The notes beneath the pieces are model-generated. The model saw nothing but the letters and a program-made list of their open reading frames with translations, did not search any database and had not been told where the DNA came from. This document shows, piece after piece, positions 16,659-25,627 of a stretch of DNA of 37,395 nt. Where the stretch lies: the IMG/VR virus record IMGVR_UViG_3300034123_000008, positions 1-37,395 of that record; one strand, 5' to 3'. Position numbers and translations under genes: made by a program. This DNA comes from a virus (Duplodnaviria > Caudoviricetes). Every line of letters begins with the position of its first letter. The first letter of the stretch is position 1.

Positions 16659-16999
16659 TGTTTTTTGCCTCTGCTTATTTTGCCTTGTAAATTTTCAGTT
16701 AAAGCCGCTTCCGCTTTTCCAACCTCACCCAAAACAGCGACAACTTGATTCCATTCTTCAACAGTTTTAGCAGGTCCAACAGCCAATAATTCATCTGTAG
16801 CCGCTTTGATTTCTTTAACTATGTCCACAGTTTTGAAGTGATCGGGGTATCTGCTTTTGTGGGATTCCATCATTAACGTAGAATTACCAAAAAACTGTTT
16901 ACAAGATGGGCAGGGACATGTGTCTCTTGATGGTTTACGTTCATCAAACTCTTTCTGTGATTCAGCAACAGCATTTTTTATTCGTAGTTTCTTATTCAC
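16655..16999 (-). CDS. C2H2 zinc-finger protein
   Basis: CPSCKQFF...H...H. Confidence 0.6.
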   Translation of the reverse strand: MNKKLRIKNAVAESQKEFDERKPSRDTCPCPSCKQFFGNSTLMMESHKSRYPDHFKTVDIVKEIKAATDELLAVGPAKTVEEWNQVVAVLGEVGKAEAALTENLQGKISRGKKQ

Positions 17000-17411
17000 T
17001 TTTCAAAACCTCTTTTAAATGTTCTAAGGGACAATTATTACAATCAGTAAAAGATATGCAGTTACGGCAAATTTGTTTGGTGTCAAGGATTTTGTTGGCT
17101 TCAACAATCTTATCCTCTGATTCGGTTCTGCGTGATGGTTGAGTAAAATCATATTCTTTCTGCAAGTGATGTCTTAAGAAAATTCTGTTGTTGCCGATAA
17201 TTGAACTTGATTGAATTATCACTTCTGCTGCATTATTAAAAACTTTGAGTAATTGTTCATTGTCAGTTTTTAATTGTTGATTCTCAGCTTCAAGTTTCTG
17301 GGCGTCTTCAAGTGTCACAACAAGCTGATTCCATCCTTTGCCTTTAATCCATTCATTATGGGGATTCTGCCAGTACTCTCTAACTTCTTTTGCTTTGGAT
17401 TTAAGACTCAT
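16992..17411 (-). CDS. Hypothetical coiled-coil protein with Cys cluster
   Basis: 139 aa; CRNC...CNNCPL. Confidence 0.65.
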   Translation of the reverse strand: MSLKSKAKEVREYWQNPHNEWIKGKGWNQLVVTLEDAQKLEAENQQLKTDNEQLLKVFNNAAEVIIQSSSIIGNNRIFLRHHLQKEYDFTQPSRRTESEDKIVEANKILDTKQICRNCISFTDCNNCPLEHLKEVLKSE

Positions 17412-17412
17412 G

Positions 17413-17751
17413 TTACAACTTCACCTTTGCATCTTTCAATGTACCACTACAAATTAAGCAAGTGTATGTTGTGAGAAAAGCTCCGGTCCAACCTGACCCT
17501 GAAACATTCTGTAACTTACTTTTAATTACAGCCTTAGAGCCTACTGGTATGGTGCAGTTGCAACCTGAGCATTTATGGGGCACATCAGTTTTCACAACCC
17601 GCGGCTTATTCAACTTCGCCCAGAAGGCCTCTTGCTTTTCTCGTTGGTCTGCACGCATCTTATCTAGCATGGCGTTGGCTTCGTCTAATGCGGCTTTCCG
17701 TTGCTTATACTGCTCAAGTAATTCATGCGCTCGCTCTGGTGACAGCTGCAT
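17413..17751 (-). CDS. Zn-finger protein
   Basis: HKCSGC...CLIC; start moved to the ATG overlapping the upstream TAA. Confidence 0.65.
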   Translation of the reverse strand: MQLSPERAHELLEQYKQRKAALDEANAMLDKMRADQREKQEAFWAKLNKPRVVKTDVPHKCSGCNCTIPVGSKAVIKSKLQNVSGSGWTGAFLTTYTCLICSGTLKDAKVKL

Positions 17752-17867
17752 TATTCCCACCCTGACCATTTGGCACAGACGCGGCATTCACTACTTAAAC
17801 GTGATTCATCAACGGTTTTGCCGTCGCATAATTGGGTGTTGGATGAGTTGCGATAACATTCTTTCAT
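17751..17867 (-). CDS. Cys-rich micro-protein (38 aa)
   Basis: MKECYRN...CDG...CRVC; first gene of the leftward operon. Confidence 0.5.
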   Translation of the reverse strand: MKECYRNSSNTQLCDGKTVDESRLSSECRVCAKWSGWE

Positions 17868-17894
17868 TTCTTTTTCGCCTTGTGTAGGTAAGGG

Positions 17895-17945
17895 CATAAG
17901 TTGCTTATAAGGTTTTAAATGGTTTTAAAGGCTTAAATAACTAAA
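17895..17945. promoter_or_regulatory. Divergent promoter region with TATA-like boxes
   Basis: Strand switch; CTTATAAG, tandem GGTTTTAAA at 17911 and 17921, CTTAAATA. Confidence 0.6.
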
Positions 17946-17972
17946 CAATGTATTCTCTTTTTGATGATTAAA

Positions 17973-18116
17973 ATGCCGTTGATAGCAATAGATGAACAAG
18001 AAAAAACAGCCATAGACAAATTAGCTGTAAAACTTGCAGAGAAACAAGGCGTTAAATCCGTAACTTATGCCGCTGTCATAGCGGAACTATTGAAAATGGC
18101 AGAGGTGAAAGAATGA
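17973..18116 (+). CDS. Ribbon-helix-helix transcription regulator (47 aa)
   Basis: MPLIAIDEQEKTAIDKLAVKL...VTYAAVIAELLK; first gene after the divergent promoter; missing from the ORF track. Confidence 0.7.
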   Translation: MPLIAIDEQEKTAIDKLAVKLAEKQGVKSVTYAAVIAELLKMAEVKE

Positions 18117-18472
18117 GCCTAAACAAAGAAGATATACCAGCCTTAATTAAATGGGCAACAACCAATCTAGAACCCTTCAACGTTGAACAAATCAGCTTCG
18201 ACGTAGCAATAGAAGGCGGACACCGAATATCCTTTGAAATTAAACAAGTTCCAAACATAACCAGCGTCTTATCTTGTGATTTAGACGAAGTTGATACTTT
18301 CCTTAAGCAAGGTTACATTGTGAAGGAACTCTACGCGAAAACAGCGACGCTTGTAAAACGTGAAGTACCCCACAAAGAACAACCTGATCCAGATTCCATC
18401 GAAGTAATCTTAGACGCTAATTCCCAGGCCTATGATTCATCAGACGGTAAAGTGACGGGAGCATCAGCATGA
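18113..18472 (+). CDS. Hypothetical protein
   Basis: 119 aa, GAGGTGA RBS, ATGA-coupled. Confidence 0.7.
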   Translation: MSLNKEDIPALIKWATTNLEPFNVEQISFDVAIEGGHRISFEIKQVPNITSVLSCDLDEVDTFLKQGYIVKELYAKTATLVKREVPHKEQPDPDSIEVILDANSQAYDSSDGKVTGASA

Positions 18473-18560
18473 CCTCTTCAGAGTTTGAAGCCATCGGAGA
18501 ATTCCGCAATTACTGCCAAATCGCCGTTAACATGGCATACCTAACAAAGAAGGCACAACC

Positions 18561-18854
18561 ATGATTGAATCACATTATTTCTGTGACAACTGCAGCCAAG
18601 AATTACAAGTTGCAGACAATCGTGTTTTAACTACAAACGTGACTTTATTCTCTGATACTGCTGATGAAGATCAATGGCAAGCCCTCGCCCGCGTCTTTCT
18701 AGCACCACCAACACCAACTCAAACTAAGTTGCCTGCTCAAGTCGCCAACGAAAACACCACCAAAGAATCACTTATATGTGCATGTGGAAAAGCAAAGAAA
18801 GCCGGGTTTAACCAATGCTATGAATGCTACATAAAGAGGGCAAATAAACAATGA
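18561..18854 (+). CDS. Zn-finger protein
   Basis: CDNC; CACG...CYEC. Confidence 0.65.
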   Translation: MIESHYFCDNCSQELQVADNRVLTTNVTLFSDTADEDQWQALARVFLAPPTPTQTKLPAQVANENTTKESLICACGKAKKAGFNQCYECYIKRANKQ

Positions 18855-19033
18855 CTTTGTTTAATCCTCGCCCCCAAACACGATCAACCAAAAAAACCAT
18901 GTTAATCTGCCAAACCTGCAACGGCATCTTTCCACTATTAGATAACCGAGGCCATCCACCACGCAATTGCCCATCATGCACACAACAGAAGAATAGTCAA
19001 CGCAACAGGAGAATCACTAATGAAGAAATGTAA
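18851..19033 (+). CDS. Zn-finger protein
   Basis: CQTC...CPSC. Confidence 0.65.
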   Translation: MTLFNPRPQTRSTKKTMLICQTCNGIFPLLDNRGHPPRNCPSCTQQKNSQRNRRITNEEM

Positions 19034-19408
19034 GAATGCTGCAACCTGCCAATATTATTATCCAGAATCATATGCATGCAACAACAACGATGAAGCCAAA
19101 CATACATGCGGAAAATATTTTGAACCACAACAGAGGCGCTTAATCAATGCCACCTAAATACCCATCCTTTTGTCCCCATCATCAATCGCGGTCTGTACTG
19201 CGCGTCAAATTATCAGTACACAACTGCCCCAGACGTAAACTCTATGGATGCGAGAGCTGCATAAAAGACTACGTAGACGAGGGAACACTATGAGATTTGA
19301 CGCTTGCGGATATTACATGGATGGTGTCTGCACGGAACATATGATTAGCTGCGGTAAAGTACCACTTAAAAAATGTGTCTCTATACTTGAATTACTGGAG
19401 ATAGCAAA

Positions 19409-19669
19409 ATGAAGCAGACTTCTCTTAGAGCCTATCATAACCTTAACCGCCATAAAATAAATTCACAGTATGGACGCATCCTTACATTAATCAAATCGTC
19501 TGAGTTAGCGTTGAATGACCGTCGCATAGCAGCTAAACTATCATTGCCAATTAACGTGGTTGAATCACGCCTCTGCCAACTATGCAAAGAAGGGTTGATT
19601 GTTGAGGACGGCGACAAATATGATGCTGTAACCGAGAATTATAGTCGAACTTGGAGCTGTGTAAAATGA
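19409..19669 (+). CDS. Winged-helix DNA-binding protein
   Basis: TSLRAY...LNDRRIAAKLSLPINVVESRLCQLCKEGLIVEDG. Confidence 0.8.
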   Translation: MKQTSLRAYHNLNRHKINSQYGRILTLIKSSELALNDRRIAAKLSLPINVVESRLCQLCKEGLIVEDGDKYDAVTENYSRTWSCVK

Positions 19670-19839
19670 CTAATGAAAGTTCGCTTAGTATCTTTAAGTT
19701 TGCCATAATTCTTTTTGTTATCGGATGTAGCGTTACTTTTGTAGGACTGTTCATTGACTTCATGTTTAAAATCGGTATCGCTATTTTGCTAGGTGTTTTT
19801 GTTGCGATGGTGCTTGCTTTTAGGGAGATAGAAAAATGA
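19666..19839 (+). CDS. Small two-TM membrane protein
   Basis: Two hydrophobic stretches; ATGA-coupled. Confidence 0.6.
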   Translation: MTNESSLSIFKFAIILFVIGCSVTFVGLFIDFMFKIGIAILLGVFVAMVLAFREIEK

Positions 19840-20100
19840 GAGAGTTAAACTGTCAATGGTGCGACTCTTTAAACACTGAATCCTACATGGTGTTTGAGTG
19901 GGGAGAACAAACACCTATCTATATCTGTAAAGATTGCGGCAAGGTGACAATCCCATGAGCGATCAACCTTCATGTGCAGTCTGCCATAAAACAGGTAACT
20001 TGTTTAAGCGTGTTTCAATGCATAAATCCTATTGGGTCTGCGGTGAACACCTACTCAATCAAAGTGATTTTAAAGCTCAACCAAAGAAGGAAGAAACAGA

Positions 20101-20295
20101 ATGAAGCGAATAATAATTAACAATGTAGTTCACGAGGACGCCTGCGATAATTGCGGAGAACACCAAGCAATGCACCACGGAGAAAAAGACCTCTGTTGTA
20201 AATGCTATGTTGAAGCTGGTAATCCTCCGGCTGATTGGCACCGTGTTTGTATGGAAACTTACAATATTTTAAAACGTAAGAGCGAGGTGATGTAA
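20101..20295 (+). CDS. Cys/His-rich hypothetical protein
   Basis: CDNCG...CCKC...HRVC. Confidence 0.6.
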   Translation: MKRIIINNVVHEDACDNCGEHQAMHHGEKDLCCKCYVEAGNPPADWHRVCMETYNILKRKSEVM

Positions 20296-20466
20296 TTGGA
20301 GAAGATTAGAGATATAGAATTAGATGTGAAGAAGGCAGTGGAACACTTTAAAGAGGAACTAGGCAAAATCGACGTCGACGTAGTTGACTGGGGCTTTAAC
20401 ATGGCTAAGATAGAAGGCGGCGTATGCGTTTCAGGCTTAGTAAAAATCAACATTATAAAGAAATAG
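20296..20466 (+). CDS. Small hypothetical protein (56 aa, TTG start)
   Basis: GAGGTGA RBS at 20284; MEKIRDIELDVKKAVEHFKEE... Confidence 0.55.
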   Translation: MEKIRDIELDVKKAVEHFKEELGKIDVDVVDWGFNMAKIEGGVCVSGLVKINIIKK

Positions 20467-20556
20467 GTTACTCATTTTTGAGTAGCCATTACCCATTTTT
20501 AGGTAACAAAATTAATATAATAAAAGCCCCCATTAAGGGAGCAGAGATGTACAAGA

Positions 20557-20796
20557 ATGAGTAATCAACAAAATATTAAAACCTTTTCTCAAAAAGTACG
20601 GGTTCACTGCCATCTTTGTTGCTTGAAAGGATTATGTCCCGATACCATAAGACATAGCCAATCAAGCTACAGAATAGAAAAGAACCAAGCAAGTGATTTA
20701 GATTTTGAGCAAGTTAAATATTCCACGTTAAATTGTCCACTTAAGAATCTTGTTAACGCAGCTTTTCCACACATTTTATGTGAGGTCGAAACTTGA
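20557..20796 (+). CDS. Cys-rich hypothetical protein
   Basis: 79 aa, abuts the methyltransferase start. Confidence 0.55.
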   Translation: MSNQQNIKTFSQKVRVHCHLCCLKGLCPDTIRHSQSSYRIEKNQASDLDFEQVKYSTLNCPLKNLVNAAFPHILCEVET

Positions 20797-21657
20797 ATGG
20801 AATTAACTTTTGCCTCCATGTTTGCAGGAATAGAAGCCCCACGAATCGCCCTAGAACCACTTGGTTGGAGATGTGTATGGGAAAACGAAATAGACAAAAA
20901 CTGTTGCAAACTATTAAGAAAACATTATGGAGACAAAACACTTGTTGAAGGAGACATTAGAAACGTGGACGCAAAAACTATCCCAAGCCACACCCTTCTC
21001 ATTGCTGGATTTCCTTGTCAAAGTTTCTCAGCAGAAGGTAGTAGGAAGGGTCTTACAGAAAATCGTGGCACGTTATTCTCACATATTGCCCGAATTGCAA
21101 GAATTAAAAGACCTGAGTTTCTACTCTTGGAAAACGTCAAAGGACTCATATCTCATGACTCTGGCAGAACCTTTGCCATTATCCTTCGAACATTGGGGGA
21201 ATTGGGGTATTTACTTGAATGGCAAGTGCTTAACAGCCGACACTTTGGAGTACCCCAACAAAGAGAAAGAGTGTTCATTGTTGGACATCTTAGAAACAAG
21301 CCCTCCAGACTGGTGTTTCCTCAGTTCTTCCCACAACTCATACTTGGAAACAGTAAAGAAGAAAGGTATGAAAACCATTGTGGAAAAACAGTTTCACCAA
21401 AAGGCTTTGCTGGAACAATAACAGCAAACTATGGAAAACTAAGTGGATGTTCAACTAAAGTTATTTCTGAAGATGGGCAAAAAAGGGTCTTATCACCTAT
21501 CAAATGTGAGAGACTACAGGGTTTTCCAGACAACTATACAGAAGGATTCAGCTTTAACAATAGATACCACATGTTAGGGAATAGTATGACAACTAATGTT
21601 ATCAAGTGGCTTGGAATACAAATTATGGCATTAATGCCTTTAGAGGTATCTCAATGA
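20797..21657 (+). CDS. dcm: DNA (cytosine-5) methyltransferase
   Basis: Motifs I FAGI, IV GFPCQ, VI ENV, VIII QQRERVF, IX RLQGFP, X GNS. Confidence 0.95.
   Translation: MELTFASMFAGIEAPRIALEPLGWRCVWENEIDKNCCKLLRKHYGDKTLVEGDIRNVDAKTIPSHTLLIAGFPCQSFSAEGSRKGLTENRGTLFSHIARIARIKRPEFLLLENVKGLISHDSGRTFAIILRTLGELGYLLEWQVLNSRHFGVPQQRERVFIVGHLRNKPSRLVFPQFFPQLILGNSKEERYENHCGKTVSPKGFAGTITANYGKLSGCSTKVISEDGQKRVLSPIKCERLQGFPDNYTEGFSFNNRYHMLGNSMTTNVIKWLGIQIMALMPLEVSQ
20927..21421 (+). CDS. Overlapping +1-frame ORF inside dcm
   Basis: 164 stop-free codons from an ATG; SWKTS, WGNWG, ECSLLDILE. Confidence 0.4.
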   Translation: METKHLLKETLETWTQKLSQATPFSLLDFLVKVSQQKVVGRVLQKIVARYSHILPELQELKDLSFYSWKTSKDSYLMTLAEPLPLSFEHWGNWGIYLNGKCLTADTLEYPNKEKECSLLDILETSPPDWCFLSSSHNSYLETVKKKGMKTIVEKQFHQKALLEQ

Positions 21658-21881
21658 GTAAGGAACTTCTTAATTTTAAGGTTGCAAACCAAACAACATC
21701 ACAACCCAACTTAGAAGAATGTGGATTCAGCGGCAAACAATGCTTCGAAGGATCAAGCGGACGAGAATGCACCATAGCAGACCACATCTTCTGCCCAGAC
21801 TGGAACAACCCCGCAATCTACAATATCTGCTGTTTTAAAAGAAGAGAAGAACAATACCGAGCGGACGGCATAACAAAATGA
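21654..21881 (+). CDS. Cys-rich hypothetical protein
   Basis: ATGA-coupled to dcm (MSKELL...), GAGGT RBS. Confidence 0.55.
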   Translation: MSKELLNFKVANQTTSQPNLEECGFSGKQCFEGSSGRECTIADHIFCPDWNNPAIYNICCFKRREEQYRADGITK

Positions 21882-21961
21882 TGTGTAAGACAGTTGTATT
21901 ACATCAACTTAAATATAGAAGCCAACTACAGATAGGATAAAAAAGTAAGGTTGCCTAGACC

Positions 21962-22696
21962 TTGATAGAACAAACCACAAACCAAAACTTAAAAGTTTCT
22001 ATTCAACAGACTTTTCAGAAAGACTGCAAACTTAAAAAACCGTATTCGTATGGTCGTTATAATGTAGTGCGAGGCAATCGCCAAAGAATACGATGGTCTG
22101 AAGGATGCGTCAACAACTGCCCAAACTGTTATGAACCAACAGAAATCGCTATTTTTGGTTTACCCTCACTTGTAAGAAATATTGTTGAATTTTCAGACAT
22201 GAACCCCCTCTGCAAACCTGAATCATTAGCAATGATCCGAGAACTTGAATATCTACGAGTAAACGGCAAAGTTATTAAGTTTGAATTTATTTGCGGAATA
22301 GATTACCGTTTCCTAACACAGGATCTTGCTAACGCTTTACATCGAAGTAGATTTAAAAATATACGGTTAGCATGGGATAGCCCATACTCTAATCAAAGAA
22401 AAGTCAAAAAAGCCATAGAATTATTGCTAAAAGCTGGATACCACCGCAAAGATATAATGATTTTCCTACTCTGCAACTACCGAATTGTGGATTATGAAGA
22501 ACAATGCTTAAAGCTCGACTTATGCAAAGTATGGAATGTTAAAGCTTGCGACTGTTACTTTGACGGACAAATAGGGTCAAAGATAATTTCTGTGTATTGG
22601 GAAGGCTGGCAAATTAAAACTTTTAGGCGAAAAACACGCAAGCATAATCAGATAGTTAACTTTGGGATAGATCCTGAAGTTAAAGGAGAGGAGTAG
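21962..22696 (+). CDS. Radical SAM superfamily protein
   Basis: GCVNNCPNC (CxxxCxxC), GIDYRFL, IRLAWD; start uncertain. Confidence 0.8.
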   Translation: MIEQTTNQNLKVSIQQTFQKDCKLKKPYSYGRYNVVRGNRQRIRWSEGCVNNCPNCYEPTEIAIFGLPSLVRNIVEFSDMNPLCKPESLAMIRELEYLRVNGKVIKFEFICGIDYRFLTQDLANALHRSRFKNIRLAWDSPYSNQRKVKKAIELLLKAGYHRKDIMIFLLCNYRIVDYEEQCLKLDLCKVWNVKACDCYFDGQIGSKIISVYWEGWQIKTFRRKTRKHNQIVNFGIDPEVKGEE

Positions 22697-22792
22697 TTAT
22701 GTTACTTTTACTTTATAGTTTACGTAGCTATGTAAGTACGTATAAGGTGTCTTTAGTAAAAACCCTAAAAAAAGAGAAAGAGGAATCATAAG

Positions 22793-23212
22793 ATGAGTGA
22801 ATATAAGGTGCCTATCTTTCTTGCACCTGAGATCCGTAGTGCAGTCAACCAATACGGTGTTAAAAACGACATTGACAAAATCTATGTAGTTCAACAATGC
22901 ATCCTAAAAACCCTGCATAATGAAGGCTTCATATCTAAAGAAGTGTTTGAGTATTATATGCCAAAGTATAGTCGCACTATATCTTCTATGTCTGAGCGTC
23001 CACAGAAACCTTTGAATCAAGCAGAACTTAAACAGAAACAAACAATTGATGAAAAGAACCGAGTATTCGCAGGCGTCATTAGTCAGTGGGATCTATCGCA
23101 TAAGGTTGGTTGGCGTGAAAGCTGGATTGAGCAAGCAGAATTTTGGCAAGAACAATGTCCAGAAGCTAAACGACTGCTTGAGAAAGTGGCGGAGAAGGTA
23201 TTTGTCAAATGA
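22793..23212 (+). CDS. Hypothetical protein, possible RHH-like N-terminus
   Basis: 139 aa with its own AT-rich upstream region. Confidence 0.65.
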   Translation: MSEYKVPIFLAPEIRSAVNQYGVKNDIDKIYVVQQCILKTLHNEGFISKEVFEYYMPKYSRTISSMSERPQKPLNQAELKQKQTIDEKNRVFAGVISQWDLSHKVGWRESWIEQAEFWQEQCPEAKRLLEKVAEKVFVK

Positions 23213-23258
23213 TTAATGCTTTAACGGCAAACTCAAGTAGTGGAGTGTCAGATAACAA

Positions 23259-23480
23259 ATGACAGATAAAAGAGAGCAAGCCATCTACGAATTAATGTTG
23301 CTTTATCCAAATTTCAAATGTACTTGCGATGAAGTAGTCAGAGAAACAGAAATCTTCCAAGCAAAAGGACATTATCACCACTGTATACTTTGGTTAGTTT
23401 CTCATGCAATAGAACGAAGTTTCATGTATTGTGATGGTTACCGATTAGTTAATGGCAAAATGACTAAGGAGAAAAAGTAA
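23259..23480 (+). CDS. Hypothetical protein
   Basis: 73 aa; CTC...HHC. Confidence 0.55.
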   Translation: MTDKREQAIYELMLLYPNFKCTCDEVVRETEIFQAKGHYHHCILWLVSHAIERSFMYCDGYRLVNGKMTKEKK

Positions 23481-23699
23481 ATGCATCCAGCAGCAGTCAA
23501 TGAACATAAAAAGCAGTTAATGCGAGAATTACGGCAAAAGAAAGTTCTTAGTAACAAAGAGGTGAAAAATATTATGGTAGAGAATGTTAAGAAGAAAACA
23601 GTGGAAAAAACAACTGAGAAACCAGTAGAGAACCCAGCGACTAAACCCGTGAATCCGGTTGTAGAGAAAACTGTGGAGAAAACAACAGAGGAAAAGTAA
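23481..23699 (+). CDS. Low-complexity K/E/T/P protein
   Basis: KTVEKTTE occurs twice; alternative start at 23574 after GAGGTGA. Confidence 0.5.
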   Translation: MHPAAVNEHKKQLMRELRQKKVLSNKEVKNIMVENVKKKTVEKTTEKPVENPATKPVNPVVEKTVEKTTEEK

Positions 23700-23780
23700 G
23701 GTTTAAGCCTTTAAATATACTCTTCTTTTTTTTAGGCTATTCGCTAACATAAATAAATATGACAAAAAAGAGGTGACTAA

Positions 23781-23987
23781 ATGAATCAATTTAAAAAAGA
23801 AGTATTAAACGCATCAACAATCTTGGGGTTCCCAATAATAATGTTAATGCTTACAGCAGTTTTAAGTTTCAATTATGATGTGACAGTTATGTTTATTTCA
23901 AGCATCATAACCTTGGCATTTTGTTGTATCTTATGCTTCGCCGACTTAGATCCTTTAGGCTTTGATTTTACAGAAAACAAGAATTAA
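23781..23987 (+). CDS. Small two-TM membrane protein
   Basis: GAGGTGA RBS; two hydrophobic helices. Confidence 0.65.
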   Translation: MNQFKKEVLNASTILGFPIIMLMLTAVLSFNYDVTVMFISSIITLAFCCILCFADLDPLGFDFTENKN

Positions 23988-25621
23988 CGTACTATTCGAC
24001 TGTATAATTCAGCGGTGAACTCACGGTTCTGCGTTAACTGTTTTTGCACACTGTCAAGCGGTGTCATAGAAGGAAGCACCCGAGTTGCATACGTAGCTCC
24101 TACCGAATGAATAACCGTTTGATAACCAACCTGCATATTCCATTGCTGCTCAACAGAAACTACATCAAAATCCATGTTGACGATTGCATCAGGAGGCAAA
24201 GACAAAGTTAAACGATCACCAACTAAAACATTGGTGTTTCCTGCAACAGCAAAATCAAGTCGCATAACACGGTCTTTCTGTTGATAAAGCAAGGTTTCCG
24301 ATCTTATTTGACATTCTGCTTCAGATTGCAAGTTGTCATCGGTGTATTCTGCTTCACGTATTCCATAAGCTGTTTGACTTGTTGAATCTTCAGCGGTGCT
24401 TATCCAACGTTCAGGGTAAAAATAGAGTTTATCGACAGAGAAAACTAAATCTGTTATAGCTCCACCTGATTCATGCGCTAAAAACTCTACTCCGCAAATA
24501 TTCATCCAGTTAGGCGATCCTGTTTTCTCCCATATTCCAGAGGGGTTTTCTGCAGCGTCATATTCGGCAGATTCGCCTAAAGCTAATTCGTTCCAGTGAG
24601 GCGTGGAACTAGGGGCAGATGCATCTATCACTCCCGGTTTAGTAAAGAAGGAGTTTGAAGCATCAGGCGCATGTAACCGTGCTTGAGCCACATCCACGGT
24701 GCCAACTCCGCCGGTTGTATATATTTTGTCCCAGAAAGAAACTTTGTTTATATCCCGTAAATGCACACGGGGAATAGTGCGGTAATAATCTGTTAATGAA
24801 GGATGTGTGCATACTATCCAGTTGGTGCCTGCTTTTGGAGATGTAGCGTATAAACTTAATGTTCCGCTTACAGATGTCCAACTTGTTAAACTATCGGTGT
24901 AGTCATCTTTGTTTAAGGGTACAGGTGCTTTTGCTGCGCCGTAAACTGTGACTTTATTTTTTATTGGTAAAATATCATATTTTAAACTGTAGTTTTGGAA
25001 GTCTACACCATGAGTAAATGACTCAACGTTTGCGCCTGTACGTAAGGGTCTGTCATGCCACTGCAATACGTTATCTTTATCTACATAGAAGTCTTTTTGC
25101 AGCTGTGTTCCAGCGGAAACCCAGTAATCACTAATTTTCTGCATAAGATTAAAGTAGCTTTCTGTTCGCACCGTAACCGTTTCAGCGGTTGTATCAGTAT
25201 CTAAACTGCCTGTTAAGCTTAAGTCAGATGCAACTTCCGCTGCTATGTCGTCTGCTTCTGCTGCTTGCCACCGTTTATTATATTTGAAGCGTCGTTCCAA
25301 TATTTCGCCGAGGCTTTTGCCTTCATAAGTGCGTATAGCATTGCTTGAAACTGATGTAGTGAAAGGCAGAATCTTGCCTGAGAATAGATGCACATAATTT
25401 GAGCCGTAACCAAAAAAGAGTTTTGCAGTATAATTGTTGCCTATGTCATTGTTAATTACAGTTAACCCGCCTAAAGCAGGCAACGTGAAACTGAATGAGC
25501 CCACGCCGCTTGTAACGATGTCTTTGCAGTTGCAGGCTAATATGTCGTCTGATGTTAGAGTTCGCACTAAAGTATTGGATGTATTGTATATTTCTATTTT
25601 GCAAACGGGAAAAACAGACAT
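23984..25621 (-). CDS. Baseplate hub/Tal-like tail tip protein with inserted beta-sandwich
   Basis: 545 aa; FSFTL, LFSGKI, FYVD, IKNKVTVYG, SQTAYGIRE, VGDRLTL pattern of gp27-like hubs. Confidence 0.75.
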   Translation of the reverse strand: MSVFPVCKIEIYNTSNTLVRTLTSDDILACNCKDIVTSGVGSFSFTLPALGGLTVINNDIGNNYTAKLFFGYGSNYVHLFSGKILPFTTSVSSNAIRTYEGKSLGEILERRFKYNKRWQAAEADDIAAEVASDLSLTGSLDTDTTAETVTVRTESYFNLMQKISDYWVSAGTQLQKDFYVDKDNVLQWHDRPLRTGANVESFTHGVDFQNYSLKYDILPIKNKVTVYGAAKAPVPLNKDDYTDSLTSWTSVSGTLSLYATSPKAGTNWIVCTHPSLTDYYRTIPRVHLRDINKVSFWDKIYTTGGVGTVDVAQARLHAPDASNSFFTKPGVIDASAPSSTPHWNELALGESAEYDAAENPSGIWEKTGSPNWMNICGVEFLAHESGGAITDLVFSVDKLYFYPERWISTAEDSTSQTAYGIREAEYTDDNLQSEAECQIRSETLLYQQKDRVMRLDFAVAGNTNVLVGDRLTLSLPPDAIVNMDFDVVSVEQQWNMQVGYQTVIHSVGATYATRVLPSMTPLDSVQKQLTQNREFTAELYSRIVR

Positions 25622-25627
25622 AAAGAT

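Noticed and set aside
23594-23693. KTVEKTTE repeated twice
   Set aside because: Low-complexity coding repeat with no further structure.
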